Shown piece by piece: positions 35,716 to 48,092 of a DNA stretch of 64,000 bases. Both the position numbers and the translations under genes were made by a program. The notes under the pieces are model-generated. The model was not told where the DNA came from. It made no database searches and worked only from the letters and a program-made list of their open reading frames with translations. How positions within the stretch are numbered: position 1 is the first letter of the stretch; every line of letters starts with the position of its first letter. This DNA comes from Oculina patagonica (lineage: Eukaryota). The DNA lies in NCBI RefSeq assembly GCF_052425735.1, contig NC_135761.1, positions 22,878,001 through 22,942,000 of the forward strand, written 5' to 3'.

Positions 35716-38700
35716 TCAAACAAGTGGATAGCTAGCCATAGAGGCGATTCCGCACTGGTTGTTCTTGTTCCTAGACATCATGATATAACCCTGCATGCCG
35801 TAATCAGCTCCCCAGCAGTTCTTGACCAGCCAGTAGTCTTGGCCTTGGTAGGTTCCGTAGCCAACGACGAGTACAGCAAAATCCAGCCGAGTGCTGCTGC
35901 AGGCCCTGTCCAAAAAGGTAGCAGTTATTAAACTTAATTGAAATTTGTGACGCACAACACTGGTATTAGTAAATGTCTCTTTTTCCGCCCGCGTCACGCA
36001 ACACTACTCGCATTGCACTGCACAGATTTGTCTGTTTGGGTCGTCACGCAACGCTTTGTAGGTGCGTTCCGTGACTGTGCCATGAGAGAAACAAGATGCA
36101 ACAAACGTAAATTTTGGCATTTTGCCCTTCTTGCAACGCACCGAAAGCTTTGCTGAAAACGGAACTGGTTTTTGCCTAGCCTGAAATACCTTTCTTCCCT
36201 TTCAAGGTCCGGAGCCGTTATTTCGTCACGCAATGATTCTCTTAAATGACGTGACGACCCAAATAATGGCTGCAAACGAGACTAAGGCTCTAATGAAACT
36301 GGATTCTTCTCCTAAAGCAAATTTAAAAGTAAACTAAAGAAGTCGATTGCGAGGGTGCGGACTAGCGTGACAAAGAACGCAAAACGTTCTTACGGTTCGT
36401 TGTACACTCCCTTATTATAAAACTGGAATGACGAATGGCTGGCATCAATGGCGACGGAGATTGGGCCTACTGTGGCGATAGCGGACTGAAGAGCAGATTC
36501 GCTTCCTCGAGAAATGTCCACGTAACCTGGAAAGAAAAAAAGTGACAATGAATCAATGCATAATCTCTCTACTTGCCCATATATTTCTTGTGGTATCAGT
36601 AGGGAGAATTCGTAATTATCATTCATTTCTTGCCAGTCACTGTTGTCATCAGAATGGAGAATTTCATAAAACATAGTAGAATTGTGCCGTTTGTCGTTTA
36701 AAAATTTTCCTCATTGTTCCTGGGACTAAGATCATCAAAACCAGGTGGAAACGTGGGCCTAGCATCCGGGCGTTACGCATCTCATCTGCACGATTGGTTA
36801 ACAGCTGAACTTTTCCTGCGCTTTTTCCAGCGAAACGGCTCCACGCACAAACCCTGAGCATGTGCCAGTTTTCTTACCAGTGACTGTAGCTCCAACGGTG
36901 TTTGGATTAAATGTGCAGTTGTTGTTTTCCGGAAAATACCGGTAACTATGCTCGGTGTCGATTCCTCCATTAGCCTTGATGTACCTGAAGGCATTATCCA
37001 CGAGTCCGCCCTGGCAGCCATGATTTCCATAACTTGTGGAGCAGTCGACCAGATTCGATTCGCTGAGTTGGACAAGATGTCCTGTTTTCTTGAAGTGCTG
37101 TCCTTCCAGTGATCCGGTTGTGCTGAACGCCCAGGAAGAAAAACACTCTCCTGCAGGGGAAAATATATTGCTCGATTTAGTGTTTGACGGACACGAGTAG
37201 GGATCTGCGTGAGCTAAAGCGAATTCCGGAAAATTTCTGGCATTAAAACGTCGTCTTCATAACTGATCAAGATTAACAACTATGAGGGCCCAATGTATGT
37301 GAATCGATNNNNNNNNNNNNNNNNNNNNNNNNNNNNNNNNNNNNNNNNNNNNNNNNNNNNNNNNNNNNNNNNNNNNNNNNNNNNNNNNNNNNNNNNNNNN
37401 NNNNNNNNNNNNNNNNNNNNNNNNNNNNNNNNNNNNNNNNNNNNNNNNNNNNNNNNNNNNNNNNNNNNNNNNTTACCCGTGTTCTTTACTTAAGTGACGT
37501 ATCCCTTAGTTCTCCAGTCAACAGTATCAGGTAGAGTTACTCCACTGGGAGGAAGGAAGGTCGATCCCTGTTGTTCTGTTTCATCGGAGTAATGAGCACG
37601 AATTCCCAGGAAGAAGAAGCGGTATTCATCGACTGTCAGATCACCGAACTTGTTCATAGCCAGGGTATACGAGTGTCCTTCGGAGTTGTGTTGTTGAACT
37701 TTCTGAAAATAAAACAGACGATCAACTAAAAAATGTTGTGTACGGTTTTAAAAAGGTTCAGCACTTCCAGATGATTAAGACTTCATTCATCATATACTCC
37801 TGCACTACATTTTCGTGATTTCGATTAATTTAATCTTTGTGCAACTGGAAAATTGTTTCAAAATGGCCACAAACTGATTTGTAAAGCAAAAATGGGAAAC
37901 AATGCAATTGAGGTCTCAATTTGTCACCTGGTAGCGTAACAAATTCATTTACGCCAAGGTGTCAACAAAACGTAACGTTTGTCACGCGCCCGCGCAATCG
38001 GCATAAAACTTTCCCCTAATTACGGATAAAATAACTCGAGAACTAAAGATTTTTTCGGATTCACTATAAAAAGCAGCCTGCAGCATATGAGGAAAATAGC
38101 GGTAGAAAGTGTAAAACCTGAACCAGCGAAAACGCTGCTGCAACGAATTTGGAATTCATTCTTTTCGTCGCCCACTTCACGCGCTTCTCGCTCGCAGCAC
38201 ACGTTACGCGGCTCGTACTTCGCGCTCCACGTCCTGCCCCGCTAAACCCTTAAACGTCTGTTCTGAAAGTTATCTACCGCGAACGCCAAAAATACCGGTT
38301 TTGCTTTCGCTAAGATGATCGTGACAAGTTTTAGGAATTCTTTCCAAGACGTGCGAGTTATCGAAGGTTTTCTTAGAAACTGTCTGTGCCTGGCACCGCA
38401 AGTATAGAAGCGAGAAACTTAAAAGGCGCGTTTACAAGCGCGTTTACACGACAGAGAAATTTGGGTACGTACCTGTCACAAAAAGGGTCCGCACCTAACC
38501 ACTTTTGTAGAGAAACAGTCAAATCAAAACGGGGTCATAGGCCATCTCGTGATGAGTTCGGTCTTGTCAATCGTCACGAAGGATTTACTTCGGAGGCAAC
38601 TGCCCGTCTTCGTGACGAAATGTCAGGGCCGTAACTAGCAAGTGGCAAGACGAGGCACTTGCCTTGTCTTGTTTTGTTTTAAAACATAAACTTATGAAAA

Positions 38701-39122
38701 ATGATTAAGAAAGAGTTAATTCAGGGCTTATAGTTCTCTAATTTTTCTGGAGGTCATGCCCCTTGAACCTCCTAGCAAGATCTTGCCTCGTCTATGCCAT
38801 CGATATGCCAAAGGTCTTGTTACGGCCCCGAATGTACACTTTGCGATCACGGAAATAAACGTCTTTCTGCACCGCTGTTTAAAAAACACTTTGTAGTGCA
38901 AAGTTAACTCTTTCATAAAGAACTGAAACTTGTGTATCAACATTTACATACCCTCAAGTTATCTCTCCAAATAGCATAACGAGCTGCTTCTTCGGTGTCT
39001 GTCTCGTATTTCTTGGCGTGGAAAGTCTTCCAAGCTTGCCACTGTTCCTGATATTCATCAAACTTCAGGACAGCGCCACTTGCAACAGATAAGCAAAGCA
39101 CAAATGCAATAACTCCTTTCAT
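35716..39122 (-). pseudogene. Cathepsin L-like copy A: catalytically dead (Q19T, C25S, H159F, papain numbering) with in-frame TAA in exon 2
   Basis: Exons 39122-38952, 37702-37477, 37150-36878, 36526-36394, 35905-35716. Reads [17 protein letters not shown] and [12 protein letters not shown]...VKNCWG. The stop at 37490-37492 is within 20 bp of an N gap. Confidence 0.8.
37309..37472. other. Assembly gap (intron 2 of cathepsin copy A)
   Basis: Run of N. Confidence 1.
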
Positions 39123-39556
39123 TTTGACGACGTGTGAGTTGTTTCCTACCCGTGAAATAAACCACGATATGTACTGACAGTGCCTGCGAGCTCGGAATGC
39201 TGGCAATTTATCACAATGGAAGTCACGAGAACCCTGCGAAAATCACGAGATCAAACAATCTTGACTCAGCTCTGCCTCAGGACATCACTCCGCGCGCTGG
39301 CGCCTGCAATAGATCTACTAGTCACGAAACACGAAAATAAAACTGATAAAAAATCACTCTTAGCTTTGGCCTTAAAATCTTTGCTGACAGGCCAGTGCAA
39401 GAGGGGAACCTGGGGTGAGGGGTACCTGGGGTGTTGATACGATGGAAAATTTTGTTATTAGTTTTCTCTATTGGTCTTTTGGCCAGCCCGGTGGTTTTAA
39501 AAAGACCTATAAATGTGAGTAGGCCTTTTCCACGAGATTTTCCCACAAATCCACCA

Positions 39557-40014
39557 CAACAGTGTATATAAACACTTACGCATTGAATGATGTGACAGGA
39601 TAAACCTGATTAACAACTGTTCTCGATTGTACCGGACCGGCCGGCTTGTTCTGACAAAAGGACAGCGCCCGGCCCTTAATGTTATCCATTTATATTACTT
39701 GAAGAAAATTTCGTACTTTTATTCTACTGTTCCACAGTTTCGCCGTTAAATACAACCTCGTTCCCAGAGTCTCTCTCTCCTCGTATTTAACGGCGAAACT
39801 GTGGAACAGTAGAATAAAAGTACGAAATTTTCTTCAAGTAATATAAATGGATAACATTAAGGGTCGGGCGCTTTCCTTTTGTCAGAGCAAGCCGGCCGGT
39901 CCGGTACAATCGAGAACAGTTGTTAATCAGGTTTATCCTGTCACATCATTCAATGCGTAAATGTTTATATACTGTTGTAGGGGGCAGGAGAAAGAGACCC
40001 TGGGAACGAGGTTG
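39557..40014. repeat. ~195-bp inverted duplication whose right arm is enclosed in a MITE (39753-40014)
   Basis: 39557-39753 is the near-perfect reverse complement of 39783-39977; CAACCTCGTTCCCAG ... CTGGGAACGAGGTTG termini bracket the right arm. Confidence 0.9.
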
Positions 40015-40020
40015 CGTTAA

Positions 40021-40230
40021 GGAGGCTCGATGTAGTTTTTTTTAATGGAGAATTTAACAAAATGTCAATTGTTGCTAACCTTTGTGACTAAGTGACGGGA
40101 AAAGAATTAAAATTTGGTCATATTTGATCATTATGGTGTATTTTGGCAAAAATCGAATATTGGCTTCCTAGATATTTTTAATGTTCAAAATAACTACCCT
40201 TCGGCTAAAAAAAAACTACATCGCGCCTCC
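40021..40230. mobile_element. TTAA-flanked (Kolobok-like) MITE
   Basis: TTAA-GGAGGCTCGATGTAGTTTTTTT ... AAAAAAACTACATCGCGCCTCC-TTAA. Confidence 0.75.
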
Positions 40231-41649
40231 TTAAATAAAGGCTAAAAAGTGGATTAGTATATAAAATGTAATGCATAATTTGCAGTTATGAAAACTCCGC
40301 TTCACCAGCCTGCGAAAAAAACGTTTATTTGGGATTTTAATTCAAATCTTAAATTTTAGAAAATTTATTTTACGCGTCTTTTTGGCGCGACTTTTGAAAT
40401 CGTCACGACATTAATGGGTTAATCCTATGATTAAGTCCTTTAGTATTCGGATCTTTTCTTCGAGACAATTTAGTTCACCTTGAATTCACTCAATCAACGG
40501 TTTAAATACAGCCTGCGAGTAGGTTCCCAACTTGTGATTGGTGAGCGAAGCGAGCCGAGAAGGGACTAGGGGAAGAAGCCTTCTTTTCGCCCCCTCTTCG
40601 ACCGGAGAGCCTGTTCAAGATCACAGGCTAGTTTAAATAAAGTTGTTTTAATATATGTATTTGTCAATATTTACTCTGCCAGACTAAGTGTTTATTCATT
40701 TATATGCGAATGACCTGCACTTTTTAGTGACTATACGTCTATCATGCGTAAGATGTCACTGTCCTGTCCTTGTCTAGTGTAAATAAAGAGACTCACATGA
40801 TTCACAAAATCATGTGAGTCATCAGTTAAATCTGGAGTTGCACAAGCCGCGGCATAGTGAGCCTGGGAACGTGATAGTGAAAATTGACTCTTTTCAGCTT
40901 TTCTATTTTTCAGTGCAAAAGAACGCGAAAGAAACAGCGAGCAAAATAGCCCTGAGCTCCACGCAGACTTTCTTTTTGGCTCGTCACGCAATCTTCCCTC
41001 GCCATCGTCAGGAAAGAGGTCACGAAAAGTGAAATTAAAAGGTTACAGCTTCCATAGCATCAGCCAGCATGGTATGATAGCAGCCGATCCCATAGTTCGG
41101 CTACCCGAGGGATTTTCATATCTAAAACTGTAGAGATGTTTTTTGTTCCGTTAAAGGGTCGTTCTTAGTATTTGATCGAAAATTAACTAGATTGAACGCT
41201 AAAACACCAAAAGTAACGAGAATGTGAAATGCTTCTAATCTTTTCCAAAATACCACTCATCCAGAAGCATAAAACACACCCTTCAGGTCTCCCTCACTCC
41301 AAAATTACCGAAGTCGCCAATTTTATAAAATGCTTTTCTTCGCTCCACTTCCTCATTTTTTACACTCGAGTAGTCCTCCCTCCCCCCCCCCCCCCCGAGA
41401 CTGCACCCATTGATAACAACAAATATTTTAAAGCAAATGCTTTAAAAAAACAGTTTATTCTATATAACCAAGTTTTCTGTCTTACAATCTCAATAAACTA
41501 CACAATATGCTACAGATACTGCTCAATTTTCTTTCAAAACATTCTTTCTAAGGTGATCCTTGAACGATAAATTTTAATACTCTTAAATAGAACTGGAAAC
41601 TCGTTTTCCGATATGCCATAAAAGAGTACAATGTAATTTTCATTTTGGA

Positions 41650-44600
41650 TCAAACAAGTGGATAGCTAGCCATAGTGGAGATTCCACACTGGTTGTTCTT
41701 GTTCCTAGACATCATGATGTAACCTTGCATGCCCCAGCCAGTACCCCAGGAGTTCTTGACCAGCCAGTAGTCTTGGCCTTGATAAGTTCCGTAGCCAACG
41801 ACGAGAACACCATGATCCAGGCGAGTGCTGCTGCAGGCCCTGTCCAAAAAGGTAGCAAAAGCTATTAAACTAAATTAAAAATTGTGACGCACAACACTGA
41901 TATCAGTAAAAAATGTCTCTTTCTCTTTCCGCGTCACGCAACACTACTCGCTACTACTTGCATTATTTGTTTGGGTCGTCACGCAACGCTTAGGAACGTT
42001 CCTTGACTGTGCCATGAAAAATACAAATTGCAACAAACGTCAAGTTTTGGCAATTTTGCTCTTCTTGCAACGCACCAAGAACTTTGCTGGAAATGGACCT
42101 GGTTTTTACCTATTCTAAAATACCCTTTTTCCCTTTCAAGGACCGAAACCGTTATTTCGTCACGCTACGATTCTCCTAAATGACGTGACAACCCAAATAG
42201 AAGGATAGCGTGACAAAGATCACAAAAAGTACTCACGGTTCGTTGTAGACTCCACTGTGATACAACTGGAACGACGAATGGCCGGCGTCAATGGCGACGG
42301 AAATTGGGCCTACTGTGGCGGCAGCGGACTGAAGATCAGATTCGCTTCCTCGAGAAATGTCCACGTATCCTGGAAAGAAAAAGAAGTGACAATGATTAAA
42401 TGTCAAAATCTCTTTACTAACCAATATATTACTTGTAGTATCAGTAGGAAGAATTCGTTATTATCATTCATTCCTTGCCAGTCATTGTTGTCATCAGAAT
42501 GGAGAATTTAACAAACCATCAGAAGAATTTTGTCGCTTGAAGGTTAGAACTTTTCCCAATTGTTCCTGGGAGTAAGAGCCTCGATGCTAGGTGAAAACTG
42601 GGGCCTAGTACCCAGGCGTTGTGCATCTCATCGACACGAATGGTTCACAGCTGAACTTTTCCCGCGCTTTTTCCGGCACGAGAGCCGCGCGCACAAACCC
42701 TCAGTTCTCTTACCGGTGTCTGTGGCTCCAACGTTGTTTGGATTATATCGACAGTTGCCGTTTCGCGCCTCATACGGGTAACTAGCCTCGGTGTCGATTC
42801 CACCATTGGCTTTGATGTATCTGAAGGCATTATCCATGAGTCCACCCTGGCAGCCATGATCTCCATAACTTGTGGAGCAGTCGACCAGATTCTGTTCGCT
42901 GAGTGAGACAAGTTGTCCTGTTTTCTTGAAGTGCTGTCCTTCCAGTGATCCGGTTGTACTGAACGCCCAGCAAGAACCACACTGCCCTGCAAGGGAGAAA
43001 AAATATTGCTCGATTTAGTGTGTGGCGGAACCNNNNNNNNNNNNNNNNNNNNNNNNNNNNNNNNNNNNNNNNNNNNNNNNNNNNNNNNNNNNNNNNNNNN
43101 NNNNNNNNNNNNNNNNNNNNNNNNNNNNNNNNNNNNNNNNNNNNNNNNNNNNNNNNNNNNNNNNNNNNNNNNNNNNNNNNNNNNNNNNNNNNNNNNNNNN
43201 NNNNNNNNNNNNNNNNNNNNNNNNNNGGATGAGGAGAACACAGAAGGAGGAGGAGGAGGGAGATAAACTTACCCTGGTTCTTCACAGGAGTGACGTATCC
43301 CTTGGGTCTCCAGTCAACAGTATCAGGTAGAGTTACTCCAATGGGAGGAAGGAAGGTCGATCCTTGTTGTTCTGTTTCATTAGAATAGTGAGCATAAACT
43401 CCCAGGAAGAAGAAGCGGTATTCATCAACTGTCAGATCACCGAACTGGTTCATAGCCAGGGTATATGAGTGTCCTTCGGAGTTGTGTTGTTGAACTTTCT
43501 GAAATAAAACAGATGAGCAACTTTAAAAAATGTTGTGCGCGGTCTTGTTAAAAGGTTAGCACTTCCAAATGATTAAGTCTTCTTTCTTCATGCACTCCTG
43601 CACCACATTTTCGTTATTTCGATTAATTAAATCTTTGTGCAACTGTAAAATTGTTTCAAAATCATTTATGGCCCCAAATAGATTTGTAAAGCAAAACGGA
43701 AAACAATTCAATTGAGGTCTCGAGCTTGTCGCATGGCAGCGTAACAAATTTATTTACGTCAAGGTGTCAACAAAACGAAAGTTTGCCTATGCGCCCGCGC
43801 AATCGGCATTCTCCTATAAATTACGAATAAAATAACTCGAGAACTTAAGTTTTTGTGTTCTGCTGCTATTATGCCAAATGGCATAATGCCAAGCAGAACA
43901 TATTGCTATCGAAGGAGGGAATGGAATGTATAAAACAATAGAAAGATGTAACAATTGAAGTCTGTAACAATAGATAGCAGATACTTTTCTATTTGTAGAC
44001 TTAGTATAAAGGTATATCTATCATTTAAATTTGCTATCTTAACAAGTCTACATCATAAAAATAAACAAAAATCAAAAAAAATCTCGGTTTCTGATATAAA
44101 AAAGTGCGTGTAAATACAAAATTTGTAACAAAAGAGCGTAACAATGGGGAGCCCAGGCTCCTGCTAAGAGCTCTCTGTCCCGCTATATTAGTACGTGTGT
44201 GTACGACGGGTTTCAGCTGCTTTCAGAGTTATGGCTCGTGACGTACGCAGTGGTCGCTAACGACGACGAATACGCGATCAGCCTTTTTTTCCGTGGAGTG
44301 AAAAAAAATAAACCCTCGCCGCCCGTTAGCTAACGTGAAATAAAAAATAACCAAAGATCCCATCCTGTATACGTCCGAGTGAAAGCATAACGAGCTATTG
44401 ACAGAAAAAAATATTGGATTGTTTTCAGTTTGCACGTTAGCTATTTATACGCGCTAAAACAGACCTTATTGTGGTTTGCGACGTACGCAGCGGTAGCTGG
44501 CATGTTGCTTTGCATGCACAAGGGTTACGACTTTTAAAGGTTTCAAATGTCATAATAACTTGCGTGACGAATTATCTTGGTGTAAGCCGAAAATCAAAAA

Positions 44601-45736
44601 CCGAAGACAGTTATCAATGTTGATACGCAGCAGAACACACGGACCCATTAGGGCCCTATTTTTTATAGATTATCTAGAATAAAAAGCTTGCAGCATGCAA
44701 GGGGAAATAGAAAACTTGATCCACCGAACATGATCTGCTGCATGCTGCTCGACGCTCCAAACGAATTTCGAATTCATTGTTTTTGTCGCGCGCTCCTCGC
44801 TCGCAGCACACGTCACGGGGCTCGTATTTCGCGCTCCACGTCCTGTCCCGCGTTACCGAGTTTTCTGCTGCGAACGCCAAAACTTTCGCTTTTGCTCCCG
44901 TCTCCAACATTTTCACTAATATGATAGTGACAAGTTTTAGGATTTTTTCCCAAGACGTGCAAGTTATCAAAGGTTTCGTTTGAAGCTGTCTGTGCCTGGC
45001 ACCGCAAGTATGGAAGCGATCATAAGAAATTATCATGCTTTGCATTTTCATTCCAACTTGAACTTTTTAACTCCATAGCTACGCATACACCCGATGACTT
45101 AACAATAGAGCAAACCTGAATGGAAAAATTTTGAGACTCGCTGATACAATGGTAACCCTAACTTGAATAACAGATCTATTCTAGGCTAGCTTTTGAGCGA
45201 AAATTCTCAAGTGTTTCGAGATTCGAGAGTAAAAAGAACAGGACACCTTCGAAACTAGAGCGCCAGTTTTGACAAGATTGAACGAGATTAAAATTCACAG
45301 AAGTTCACCGCTAAATACAGGTACACAGATTGTATCCAGCTTCAAAACAATTGTATGCAAACGTCCTTAGAAATCTACCTAGGGCTCTTATCTCGTGATG
45401 AGTTCGGTCTTTTCAACCGTGTCGAAGCCCGTCTTCGTGACGAAATGTACACTTTGCGATCAAGGAAATGAACAACGTTTGCTGCGTCGCTGTTTAAAAT
45501 CACTTTGTAGTACAAAGTTAACTCTTGCACGAAGAACTGAAATTTATGTATCAGCATTTACATACCCTCAAGTTATCTCTCCAAATAGCATAACGAGCTG
45601 CTTCTTCGGTGTCTGTCTCGTATTTCTTGGCGTGGAAAGTCTTCCATGCTTGCCACTGTTCCTGATATTCATCAAACTTCAGGACAGCGCAACTTGCAAC
45701 AGATAAGCAAAGCACGATCGCGATAACTCCTTTCAT
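41650..45736 (-). CDS. CTSL: Cathepsin L-like cysteine protease copy B, intact, 330 aa
   Basis: Exons 45736-45566, 43498-43273, 42986-42714, 42369-42237, 41839-41650; signal peptide, I29 propeptide (MNQFGDLT), [23 protein letters not shown]. Confidence 0.93.
43033..43226. other. Assembly gap (intron 2 of cathepsin copy B)
   Basis: Run of N. Confidence 1.
43855..44660 (+). mobile_element. Helentron-associated (HINE/DINE-like) non-autonomous element in copy B intron 1
   Basis: 5' subTIR GTGTTCTGCTGC plus hairpin ATTATGCC-AAAT-GGCATAAT; 3' subTIR GCAGCAGAACAC plus a short stem-loop. Inserted in a T-run and absent from the paralogous intron of copy A (~38050). Confidence 0.65.
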
Positions 45737-48092
45737 TTTGACGACGTGTGAGTTGTTTCCTACCCGTGCAATAAACCACGATATTTACCTGACAGTGCTT
45801 GCGAGCTCGGAGTGCTTGGTAATTTATCACAAAGGAAGTCACGAGGACCCAGCGTGATTTGAGGGCTGCGGTATCAGCTTTCGAAAATCACGAGATCAAA
45901 CTAATCATGACTCAGCTCTGGACCTGACTGTGCACAATAATGGATCGATCTATTGGAGAATGACAGAGAGAGGTGAACAATCACGAAATGCCAAAATAAA
46001 ACTGATGAAAAAACCCTCTAAGTCTTTCTTTTTTGTCTTTTCGTAGGCATCAGGCATCATCCGGCATCAGCCTGCGAAAAAAAAACATTTGTGCAATTTT
46101 AATCAAAATTTAAAATTTCAGAAAAAAAATTATGCGCTTTTTATATGGCGCGACTTATGAAATCGTCACTACTTAATTATTTGCTTACCTTCTATAAAAT
46201 GAAGTTCATTAATTAGAATTCAATCAACGTTTTACTTAAAGTTGTTTTAATATTTGCATTTGTCAATATTTATTCTGCGGGCCTAAGTGTTTATTCATTT
46301 GTATGCAAAATGACTTTTGCATCATCGTAGTGACTGTACGTCTATCATGCGTTAAATGTTATTGTCCTGTCCTTGCTTATTGTAAACAAAAAAGACTCAC
46401 ATGATATAGATACACATCGCTCGGTACATGATAGTGAAATCGGACTTTTTGCAACTTTTTTTTATTTTTCAATGCAAAAGAACGCGAATGAAACAGCGAG
46501 CGAAGAGACCTCCTTGGTGACCCCTTGGTCCTCCTCTGCAGCTTTCGGCTGGTCACGCAATTTTTTCTCACCGATGAGGAAAGATTGTGTGACGAGCGTC
46601 CGCGAAAGAGGCCAGGGATGCTGGCGTCCAGTTTTTTTCGCGATTCTTTACCCCGTTCAACGATGCGAGAAAATAAAGGGCTGTGAACAATCTATGGGAT
46701 ATCCAGTTTTGAAAATAAACAAGTGAATTGTTTAAGCGTGGTGTGCATGATAGCAGGTAATCTCATAGTCCGACTTCGCAAGGGGTAGAGATGTTCTTTG
46801 TTACGTTTAGGGTTGTTAATCAGACGGGTAATGGACTTCAGGACAGACCGCAAATATTTATAGAGGTCATTTTACTCCTCAAGGTATACTGGTATATTAT
46901 CTATCGTGTTGCACGCGACTGAAATAAAGAAGCCGGTTTTCTACATCGACTTCACTAGAAAAGACGTTGATTAGAAAGAAACGAACCTTTTTTCAGGCCA
47001 TACATTTCTGCTAAATAGAAATTTTTGTTATATTAAAGAATTGAACAGTGCATGCAACATCAGTCTATAGGAAATTAATAAGTCTGTTAGAGAAACAATA
47101 AGTAATTTCAGGAGCCCATAAAGTTGATGGGCTCCTGGTAATTTGGAAATCCGAAAAAAGCCCCGTTTCTACGGAAGGACAATTTTCAAATCCCAATTGT
47201 TTTGAGAAAGAAAACCGATTTCCATTCTCATTTAACAATTCAGCAGCCATAAATACAAGCTTGTTAAACAAAGTTCTTTTCTACTGCCATGTTTTCTTCG
47301 ATCTCATTAGGGAAAGTCAAGTTTCTTCAAGTTCTCTAATTTTTATTTGATTTGCTTTCGACCAATCAGAAGCGAGTATTTACGGAAGTAATGAAAAAGG
47401 TCAAATTATCGATTATCAAAAGTTTGTAACAAATAAAGTCAAGACGCAATCTTTTGGATGTCCAAAAACTGTTTCTTGGTTACTGCAAGGAGTTTAAGAG
47501 AAACTTTTGAAAAAATTAGAACGAGAAAAGTTTCTCTAAAACTCCTTGCAGTTATCCCAAATTAGTTTAATTAATCCTAAAAGTCGTTCTTTGCATTTGA
47601 TCCACGTTTCCATGCCTTTTATTAGCATGTAAAGTGGCTGGATTTTGAGCCAAAAATATCCATAGTGCTTGTCGCCTCTAGTAAAAGTTGATGGCAATTT
47701 GATTTTGCACAATAAAAATATAAATTTAGGATATAAACTTATCCAAAACAATAGCAAAATATAATCTTCAGTTCACCCCAAATTACCGAAGTCGGCAATT
47801 TTATAAATGCTTCCCCCACCACGTCGCTATTTACACTCGGGTGAACCCCCCTGGACAGCAACCACAACATATTTTATAGAAAATGCTTAACCAAAACATT
47901 TTATTTCATATAAAAAGTTTTCTGTTTTATACTCTCAATATACTACATATCAACATAGTAAAAGACAATTTTTTCTCAAATTATTTTTCAAAGCCCATCC
48001 TTGAACAATAAATTTTAATACTATTAAATAGAAATTCAAACTGTTCTTTCGTATGATAAAAAGAGTTCATTTTTAAAATGTCTTAGTCTGGA

